Shown here piece by piece: positions 57,801 to 64,000 of a stretch of 64,000 bases of DNA. The position numbers and the translations under genes are program-made. Position 1 is the first letter of the stretch, and each line of letters begins with the position of its first letter. The stretch lies in assembly GCA_963676915.2 (NCBI GenBank), contig CAXXVK010000073.1, positions 8,560 through 72,559 on the forward strand. Direction: 5' to 3'. The notes below the pieces were generated by a model. That model did no database searches, was not told where the DNA came from, and saw only the letters and a list, made by a program, of their open reading frames with translations. The stretch is from Myxococcota bacterium (GTDB lineage Bacteria > Myxococcota_A > SURF-8 > G963663525).

Positions 57801-59332
57801 AACTCTACCCCGTCGGTACCTTCGAGCAGATCGACGGCAAGAATCCGCTGGCCGATGGCGATAATCACCGTATCGCATTCGAAATCGTTGATTTCGTTCT
57901 CGTCGTATTGCGGATTGAAGCGGTGTTCCTCGTCGAACACCTGCGTGCAACGCTTGAACTGGACCGATTTCAGTTTGCCGTCCTCCAGGACGAATTCTTT
58001 CGGTCCCCAGCTATTGTTGATGGTGATATGCTCTTCTTCGAGATCCTCGATATCTTCCTGCCAGGCGGGCATTTCGTCGCGACTTTCCAGGCAGAACATT
58101 TCGACGGATTCCGCACCCAGTCGCAGAGCCGTACGGGCGACATCCGCCGCCACGGCGCCACCACCGACGACCGCCACTTTCTTGCCGACCTCGGAGTGAT
58201 CGCCCAGGTTGACCCGGCGCAGGAAATCGACGCCATGCAACACGCCTTCGGAGTCCTCGCCCGGAAGATTCAGTCGGGAGGAATCGTGAGCGCCGATGGC
58301 CAGGAATACGGCATCGTTGCCGTCCATAAGATCCTGAACGGTGGATTTTCCGTCCTTGCCTACCGGGTAATTCAGTTCGAGTTTCGCGCCCATGCCGGTA
58401 ATGGCCTCGATCTCGCGATCCAGGATTTCGGGGGGGAGGCGATAGTCCGGGATACCCAAACGCAGCATACCGCCCGCTTTGGGTGCGGCATCGTAGATCG
58501 TCGCTTCGTGTCCCTGACGGCGCAGATAATAGGCGGCGGCGAGTCCTGCCGGACCACTACCGACAATCGCCACTTTCTTCCCGGTATCTTCTCCGGGAGG
58601 CGGCGTTTTGGGCTTGCCGTATTTCTCGATCTCGTAATCCGAAAGAAAACGCTTGATCGAACGCACCGCCACGGGATCGTCCACTCCGTTACGGGTGCAA
58701 TTCTGCTCGCAGGGATGGGCGCAGACGCGACCGCAGATGGCGGGCAACGGGTTATCCCGGCGAACGACATCCAGCGCCTCGTCGAAGCGTCCCGCCGCCA
58801 CAAGCGCGACGTAACCCATGGCGCTCTGGTGGGCGGGGCAGGCATCGCGACAAGGTGCCGTTCCGCGTTTCTCGATCGCGTAAGCTCCCGGAATCGCTTG
58901 AGGATAGCGTTTGTAAATTGCTTTGCGTTCGTTGCGGTCCATGTTGTAGGCATTGAGCCGTTCGATGGGACAGACTTTGGCGCATTCACCGCAACCGGTA
59001 CATTTTTCGATATCCACATAGCGGGGATGCCGCAGCACCCGCACCTTCATGTGACCTGGTTCGCCCTCGACGCCCAAAACTTCGGAGCCGGTAAGCAGTT
59101 CAATATCGGGATGACTGCCCACCTCGATCAGTTTCGGGGAAATGATGCACATCGCGCAGTCATTCGTCGGGAAGGTCTTGTCCAATTGCGCCATGCGACC
59201 ACCGATGGCGGTATCTCGCTCGACGAGATAGACTTTGAACCCGGAGTCGGCAAGGTCGATCGAGGCTTGCATGCCACCGATACCGGAGCCAACAACCATA
59301 ATTGCGCCGGACGGTACGTGTTGATCGCTCAT
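54833..59332 (-). CDS. hdrA: Large HdrA-type flavoprotein with inserted GltD-like NAD(P)H-binding module (1499 aa)
   Basis: GGRMAQLDKTFPTNDCAMC; inserted APCRDACP...ICGRVC..PCE, VAIVGSGPAG, VVGGG; second HdrA half ASCTPRTHE, NIREQCSWVH; C-terminal ferredoxin motifs. Confidence 0.92.
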   Translation of the reverse strand: MSDQHVPSGAIMVVGSGIGGMQASIDLADSGFKVYLVERDTAIGGRMAQLDKTFPTNDCAMCIISPKLIEVGSHPDIELLTGSEVLGVEGEPGHMKVRVLRHPRYVDIEKCTGCGECAKVCPIERLNAYNMDRNERKAIYKRYPQAIPGAYAIEKRGTAPCRDACPAHQSAMGYVALVAAGRFDEALDVVRRDNPLPAICGRVCAHPCEQNCTRNGVDDPVAVRSIKRFLSDYEIEKYGKPKTPPPGEDTGKKVAIVGSGPAGLAAAYYLRRQGHEATIYDAAPKAGGMLRLGIPDYRLPPEILDREIEAITGMGAKLELNYPVGKDGKSTVQDLMDGNDAVFLAIGAHDSSRLNLPGEDSEGVLHGVDFLRRVNLGDHSEVGKKVAVVGGGAVAADVARTALRLGAESVEMFCLESRDEMPAWQEDIEDLEEEHITINNSWGPKEFVLEDGKLKSVQFKRCTQVFDEEHRFNPQYDENEINDFECDTVIIAIGQRILAVDLLEGTDGVELTSRGTIKANPVTMETSHGKVFAGGDAQTGPSLAIEAIAAGRRAAESIDRMLKGEDIRAGREWKVDVAIPSIEGEKPVPRHHESKLDLDYRLNGFSEVSEKPLSAEEAIDEAKRCLRCGICAECMLCVEACKAGAIDHTMMPKIDEIEVGSVVLAPGFDQFDARAAAEYGYGRWKNVLTGMEFERMLSATGPSSGHLKRPSDGVEPKKVAWIQCVASRDQRMDHGYCSGVCCMFATKEAVIASEHAGGDFDATVFYMEMRATGKGFDDYVDRAKNKYGVRYIRSMVSRVDEMPETKNVRVTYLDEEGKSHEEEFDMLVLSAGLTPTDGIKELAKRLDIELNHYGFAKTNNFDPVGTTRPGVYVSGVFQGPKDIPETVAQASGAASYAMTATAKGRGTQLSTSEAPPEKDFSGDARIGVFICRCGINIASTVDVIDVAEYAKTLPGVVYSEEVLFSCSQDNQENIKKQIKEHNLNRLVVASCTPRTHEPLFQKTLEETGVNRYLFSMANIREQCSWVHSTEPEKATAKAKDLVRMAIANAHHLKPLYKRPQSLIQSGLVLGGGLAGMTAALQMADQGFDVTLVEKNDVLGGNMRFIYRTHDGMDVQKHMKELIEKVQNHPLITLHLGATFYKTGGFLGNFESEIKLADGSTRTIYHGTTIVAIGAQESKPETFGYGQDDRIVTQMQLEGQVWNEPEKLKDAKDFVMIQCVGSRDENRKYCSKLCCSQALKNSIQLKEEDPERDITILFREMRSYGLKEELFTKARRLGVRFVRFDLDNLPEVKLDGDRPVVEVNDDTAGPLSLPADRIALAAAIDPPKDSVNVAELLKVPRTTDGFFLEVHQKLAPVSFASDGIFLCGLAHGPKPAEETIAQAAATAAKAATVLAKPEMMVGGQVSVVDPDKCAVCLCCVRACPYGVPVIHSEDGAAYIEPAECQGCGVCASECPGKAIQLQHFSDAQIAAMTRVAVGDDFGELPTLPAQPSHDSDESRA

Positions 59333-59333
59333 G

Positions 59334-60179
59334 TTACAGCCCTCTCGATTCCAAAACCCGAACCGGAGAGTTCAGGTGACGTTTCCATAGTGATTTCGCA
59401 AAGTTTCCGTCAAAGGCCAGGGAAAGCAGTTCGGTGAAATAAAACACCGGAAGGAAGCTTTTGCCCGATTCCTTCTGGATTTCGAAGGCCGAACGGTCGA
59501 GATTCATGAAGCACATCGGACAGCCGGTGACGACCGCATCAGCCCCGGAGCGATGTGCCATATCGAGAATCTCACCCGCCAGACGATGCACCGAACCGGG
59601 GTTCGTCATCGTCAGGCTACCGCCGCAGCACATGGTTTTGTATGGCCAGTCGATGACTTCGGCCCCGGCGGCCTCCATCAGGCGGTCCATTCTGACCGGG
59701 TTCTCGGGATTGTCCACGCCGGTGACATCGGGTGGACGAACCGAGAGACAGCCGTAATAACAGACCAGTTTCAGCCCTTTCAACGCATCGTGGGCTTTTT
59801 GCGCCACTTGGCCGATCATCTCGTCCGACAGGAACACATCGAGCATGTTGACGACATCGAGATCGGATCGGATCTCGCCGACACCTTCGGGCGAACCATC
59901 CTCGCGAACGTGCTTCAAAGCCTGCCGAAGCCTCAGATAGCAGGCCGAACAGGTCGTCGCCACGGCTGTAGCGTCGTCTTTGGCAAGCGCAAGATTACGG
60001 GCAGGCAAAGCCACCGCCAAATAGGGATCAGCTCCGTGAGCGCTGGATGCTCCGCAGCACGTCCAGTCGTCCAACTCTTCGAGCGTGATTCCCAGGTGTT
60101 TGCAAACATTGTGCAAAGATTCGTCGAGTTCCCGCCCGGTCGAGTGGGCGGAACAACCCGGATAATACGAGAATTTCAT
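59334..60179 (-). CDS. hdrB: Heterodisulfide reductase subunit B
   Basis: YYPGC, WTCCGAS, CSAC, YYGC, CCGGS, CPMC (two CCG domains). Confidence 0.92.
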   Translation of the reverse strand: MKFSYYPGCSAHSTGRELDESLHNVCKHLGITLEELDDWTCCGASSAHGADPYLAVALPARNLALAKDDATAVATTCSACYLRLRQALKHVREDGSPEGVGEIRSDLDVVNMLDVFLSDEMIGQVAQKAHDALKGLKLVCYYGCLSVRPPDVTGVDNPENPVRMDRLMEAAGAEVIDWPYKTMCCGGSLTMTNPGSVHRLAGEILDMAHRSGADAVVTGCPMCFMNLDRSAFEIQKESGKSFLPVFYFTELLSLAFDGNFAKSLWKRHLNSPVRVLESRGL

Positions 60180-60805
60180 GATTGCCCCCTCTCCGATTCG
60201 GACGCTTCGGCCTCTCGCTCCTTTTTCTTCTCCTCCGCCTTCAGGAAAATCTTACGCAACTGCTGTTTTCCTTTGGAAGGAGTAGGCATCAAGGGAACCT
60301 TGCCTTTGAAAAACAGGTTCATACCCAGCACCATGTCGTCGAAATACGTCCCCGTGGCCATCTTGTATTTGCCGATCATGCTCAGTTCGTGCACCCGGCC
60401 ACGACCTTCGATTTCACTCATGAACGACCGATGGAACGCCTCGATGTTCTTCTCCGTCGGCTCGATACCGCGGCGACGGGCTTCCTGTCGCAGAAAATCG
60501 TTGACCGCGGGAAGATCGACCTTGTTGGGGCAGCGTGTCGCACAGGTGTGGCACCCGACACACATCCATATCGTCTTCGAGTGCAACAGGTCGTCGAGCT
60601 GTCCCATCTGAGCCTTGCGCACCACGGCATGAGGCACCAGGTCCAGGTCAGGCAATAGTGGACACCCTGCAGAACATTTCATGCATTGATAACATTCCAT
60701 CACATTGACGCCACACGCATCCTGGATGCGTCTGGCCAATGAACTGGAGGGCGTGGTTCTCTCCGGCGATACGGAGGGGGTGGGGGTCTTCGCGGATTCT
60801 TCCAT
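60176..60805 (-). CDS. hdrC: Heterodisulfide reductase subunit C
   Basis: CYQCMKCSAGCP and WMCVGCHTCATRCP. Confidence 0.92.
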   Translation of the reverse strand: MEESAKTPTPSVSPERTTPSSSLARRIQDACGVNVMECYQCMKCSAGCPLLPDLDLVPHAVVRKAQMGQLDDLLHSKTIWMCVGCHTCATRCPNKVDLPAVNDFLRQEARRRGIEPTEKNIEAFHRSFMSEIEGRGRVHELSMIGKYKMATGTYFDDMVLGMNLFFKGKVPLMPTPSKGKQQLRKIFLKAEEKKKEREAEASESERGQS

Positions 60806-60905
60806 CGTGACCTCGAAAGATAGGAGTTTTTTTCAACCACAAAACACCGAACGACAGCGGTTTTCTTCATGGAGGGAAATCGCGTAGATTCCCGTGCCTA
60901 TTGAA

Positions 60906-60934
60906 TTTTTAACCAGCCACCGAAATACTGTCAA
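60906..60934 (-). promoter_or_regulatory. Possible sigma70 promoter of hdrC operon
   Basis: TTGACA-N17-TAAAAA on the minus strand, ~100 bp upstream of hdrC. Confidence 0.4.
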
Positions 60935-61162
60935 GGAAACCGATCATAAACAAACTTATGACTATGGCCTTGAAATCGTTATACTTCACCTTGTTTTTTC
61001 ACCAATCCGGTGCGGACGAATATAGAGGATTCGAGGGTCAAAGTCAACAACATCCATAGATCAGTCCCACCATAAAATGTTCAGATTTCCCAACTAGAAG
61101 GATTTTCTCTGCGTTTCCAAGAGATTGCCCCAGAATCCGGTTCGTGCTATGTCTCTCAGGAA

Positions 61163-61756
61163 ATGTCCTCAAACAGAGTGGACTTATCAACAAAGGAACG
61201 CCTCGTGAGACAAACCGCTTGGTTCTTCACCCTCTTCAAAACCCTGCTTTTTTTTCTGTTGGGAGCACTTTTTTTTACGGGAATCGCTTGTGATAAAGCG
61301 CAGGAATCGGCAAAAAGCACCGCCCAGGGCTTCAAAGTTTACGAACGATGGCGAGAGGGCGGCGACAAACTTCGCTCACGAAAGTGGAAAGAAAACGGTG
61401 AAAACTACCGCGAAAACTGCCATATCGATCCCAAAGGAAAAGAGTTGGGTTGTGGAACGATGAAAAACGGGAAAAATTGGGAGGGCTTTTTCATCGTCTG
61501 GCACTCGTACAACAAGCCTTCCGACTCAGGCCGTTCCTATTATGGAAAACCGGCCGAGATTCTGCATTATCACCAAGGCCGGTTGCACGGAAGCTATCGA
61601 AAATATTATCCCAACGGCCAATTGATGCAGGAAATCGAATACCAAAACGGGAATAAGGTGCACTGGAAATCGTTCACTCCCGCTGGGATACCGTACCACG
61701 AAGGAAAACAGGATCGTCCCACCGAAACGACGTCGTCGCATCCAGAGTGGGAATAA
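61163..61756 (+). CDS. MORN-variant/YwqK-like repeat lipoprotein
   Basis: Hydrophobic leader ending TGIAC; YHQGRLHGSYRKYYPNGQLMQEIEYQNG repeat. Start uncertain. Confidence 0.65.
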   Translation: MSSNRVDLSTKERLVRQTAWFFTLFKTLLFFLLGALFFTGIACDKAQESAKSTAQGFKVYERWREGGDKLRSRKWKENGENYRENCHIDPKGKELGCGTMKNGKNWEGFFIVWHSYNKPSDSGRSYYGKPAEILHYHQGRLHGSYRKYYPNGQLMQEIEYQNGNKVHWKSFTPAGIPYHEGKQDRPTETTSSHPEWE

Positions 61757-61895
61757 GGCTTGTATTTTCAATCCGTTGTCGGAGAGAATCCAAATCCATG
61801 CCCAAAAGAAAAACAGAAGTTGGTCCTTCACCGGCACCGATCACCAAGACCCCGGAACCATTAGCAATCTTTACAGATACTCGTAGTCCTCTCCC

Positions 61896-63134
61896 CTACC
61901 GAACCAAAGCGTCCCACATGTCCGGCAGTGAAAATTCCACGTCGTAGATGAGTTGGTCGATGATTTCGACGTGCGTTCCGATGATGAAAAGCGTGCAAAA
62001 ACAAATCAAAAAGAACACCGGCAGGTATACCAGCGCTTGTCGCCGGGTCTTGAGAGAAAGTTTCCAAACGATACTGTTGATCCATGTCAGCAAAATAGCC
62101 GCACCTCCGAAGCCAAGGATCGTGGTCCAGATGAAGGTGGATTTTCCCGAAACGTAAATGACCGCTCCCACGACGAAAGGAATCACGAACAACAGATCCA
62201 GCGGCGGCGGCCAACTGGCACGAATAAACCCTTTTCCCTCACGCCACCAGGAAATCACGGCAAGCAAAAGCGCCGAAAGCACCAAAATCCAGCTAATCAC
62301 GTAAAAAATCTTGCGAAACGTGCTTTCCTCGATGTCGTCCAGCCGCTTCAACGCTACGTCTTTGCCCCAACCTTCCGTAGTGGCTAACGCTTTGAAGTGG
62401 TTCCGAGCATTGGAAACCTGCCCCAGTTCCATCCAGAGTTCGGCCTCTTTCAGACGTGCCTCTCGCCCCTGCCGAGAATCCAAGCCGTAGAGATCGCGCA
62501 TGGTTTCCAACGACTCGATAGCCTGATCCAGATCCCCCAGGCGGGCATGAGCGCCGGCGATCCACTTCATGGCTCGATCCTTCAGCGAGAAATCGGGGTA
62601 ATCTTTCAGCAATTGCTGCATTTGAAGGATACGTGGCTGCAAGCTTTCCTTATCGAAACCCGAGCCGAGGATGGATTCGAAAATTTTGAATGGCTTTTCA
62701 CCGGTCTGCAATGCGACACTGAGTTCCTTCAGTCGAAAACGTGCCTTGCGCGACAGACGCGAGCGGGCAAAGCGTTCGAGAAAGTTTTCATACAACGGAA
62801 CCGCTTGCAGGTATTTTTGCTCGATATTATCGGTAATGCGGCAAATCTCGAATGCCGCGTCATCGACGAACGACCCCTCGGGATATCGACGCATCAGCTC
62901 TTTCAGGGTCGCTTTGGCGGCGTCGATTTCCCCCCGACGCACTTCGGCGAGCGCATCGTAATAGAGGTTTTTTTCCAACTCGCGGGTTTCGGGCTCACTG
63001 GAAGCAGCGAACGATTCGGACGCAAACGGACCAATAACGTTGGAAATGGTAAAACCTGCACAAATTGCAGCAAAAATCAGAAAAATTCGTAGATAGGGAA
63101 AAATCGTCATGAAGCGTGCCCGACCCGGTTGCAA
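61896..63134 (-). CDS. TPR (BamD/YbgF-like) protein with C-terminal TM helices
   Basis: Signal/TM, TPR-like repeats (LMRRYPEGSFVDDAAF; FLERFARSRLSRKARF; LLKDYPDFSLKDRAM) and four C-terminal hydrophobic segments. Confidence 0.7.
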   Translation of the reverse strand: MQPGRARFMTIFPYLRIFLIFAAICAGFTISNVIGPFASESFAASSEPETRELEKNLYYDALAEVRRGEIDAAKATLKELMRRYPEGSFVDDAAFEICRITDNIEQKYLQAVPLYENFLERFARSRLSRKARFRLKELSVALQTGEKPFKIFESILGSGFDKESLQPRILQMQQLLKDYPDFSLKDRAMKWIAGAHARLGDLDQAIESLETMRDLYGLDSRQGREARLKEAELWMELGQVSNARNHFKALATTEGWGKDVALKRLDDIEESTFRKIFYVISWILVLSALLLAVISWWREGKGFIRASWPPPLDLLFVIPFVVGAVIYVSGKSTFIWTTILGFGGAAILLTWINSIVWKLSLKTRRQALVYLPVFFLICFCTLFIIGTHVEIIDQLIYDVEFSLPDMWDALVR

Positions 63135-63171
63135 AACATGGCGACAGGATACCTCGAAACCATAAAAGAAA

Positions 63172-64000
63172 TCATTCCTTTTTCTTTAAAAAGCCAAATA
63201 GGCTGTTTTTCTTTTCTTCCGGTTCCTGGATTTGTCGCTTTTTGCGAGCGTCCAAAAGACGCAACTCGCTTTTGGCTCGGATGTTCTTGGGATTAAGCGC
63301 CAGGCATTTTCGAAAAGCTTTCGCTGCTTTATCCAGATCGCCTGTCAGCTTGAAAATCGTCGCAATGTAAAAATGGGTAACATCCAGTTTGGGGGTCATT
63401 TTGGCCGATTTCGCCAAATACTGGATAGCTTCCCGGGTCTGCTTGGGATCTTTGGAATTCAGGTTGAAGTGCGCCCAACCGAAATGGGCATAGTATTCGC
63501 CTTCGTTGGGATTAAGCTTGATGGCTTCGTTGAATTCCTCTTTTGCCTTGATATAGTTTTTCTTCATCAAGGCCGCCATGCCACCGTGAAAATGGTTCTC
63601 CGCATTGAGGATTTTCGACACTTCGTCCGAAGCGTCGATAGTGGCTCCGGTACGAAGATCCTCTATGTATTTCTTGCGTTTTTCCTCGGTGGATATGGCG
63701 TTGAAGGCTTCGGTAATCAGGTTGAAAATATCCGCACCGAGTTTTCGCACCTGCTCGATTTCCTTGCCGGGCATTGCATCCGGGTGGAATTTTTTCGCCA
63801 TCAAGGCGTAATTTTTCTTGATTTCGGACTGGGCCGTTGTCTGACTGACGTCCAAACGACCGAAATGATTCGCATCGAGCAGTTTTTCCCGATACTTGAA
63901 CAATTCCTTGAACTGTTGATGATATTTGGGTGGAATCTCGGCGAGTTGGGACTTAAATTCCTTCTCACGACGCTGTTCGGGCGTCAACTTCGTGCGGACC
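63172..64000 (-). CDS. J-domain plus TPR protein, partial (5' end outside window)
   Basis: HFGRLDV...IKKNYALMAKKFHPD (HPD motif)...ITEAFNAI, followed by TPR repeats (AIKLNPNEGEYY; CLALNPKN). Confidence 0.8.
   Translation of the reverse strand, partial: VRTKLTPEQRREKEFKSQLAEIPPKYHQQFKELFKYREKLLDANHFGRLDVSQTTAQSEIKKNYALMAKKFHPDAMPGKEIEQVRKLGADIFNLITEAFNAISTEEKRKKYIEDLRTGATIDASDEVSKILNAENHFHGGMAALMKKNYIKAKEEFNEAIKLNPNEGEYYAHFGWAHFNLNSKDPKQTREAIQYLAKSAKMTPKLDVTHFYIATIFKLTGDLDKAAKAFRKCLALNPKNIRAKSELRLLDARKKRQIQEPEEKKNSLFGFLKKKE

Noticed and set aside
54352-59332. Selenocysteine recoding in MvhD/HdrA
   Set aside because: Both ORFs are uninterrupted, with Cys at the relevant motifs.
55982-59437. 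1151-aa plus-strand ORF (similarly 40573..42672, 19451..21040, 28340..29602)
   Set aside because: Antisense shadows of well-supported minus-strand genes, with no recognisable motifs.

Overview
The window looks like chromosome from an anaerobic Deltaproteobacteria/Myxococcota-like bacterium; this is inferred from MYXO-CTERM-like and Cys-rich MopE-like proteins, Hdr/MetVF and lipid A genes. Positions 1-15.2 kb (minus strand) hold a compact cluster of siphovirus-like virion genes: terS, terL, portal, scaffold, major capsid, a head-fibre-like gene, adaptor, terminator, tail tube, an HslV/proteasome-beta-like Ntn hydrolase, a G/GT tail chaperone with an intact A AAA AAC -1 slip site, a tape measure of only ~294 aa, two Dit-like genes and a hub gene running off the left edge. 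The cluster starts ~250 bp downstream of housekeeping bioF, with no integrase, repressor, replication or att features on that side. It is therefore a candidate novel gene transfer agent (GTA)-like element, or else a domesticated or defective prophage. The rest of the window contains bioF, a short clpX, a surface S8 protease, a lipase, waaA-lpxK, a tetraheme c lipoprotein behind a class II CRP/FNR-like promoter, vanW, Tat-signal tldD with tldE, a polysaccharide cluster, His-Xaa-Ser radical SAM genes flanking an ~1855-aa Cys-rich lipoprotein, cvpA, Na+-decarboxylase gamma/beta/biotin subunits, an AT-rich fused PARIS-like ATPase-TOPRIM gene, an hdrCBA-mvhD-metVF operon and TPR/J-domain genes. Many single-base frameshifts (densest at 7.5-20 kb) look like long-read errors, so split ORFs were joined by hand. 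All family calls come from motif recognition; no database searches were run.
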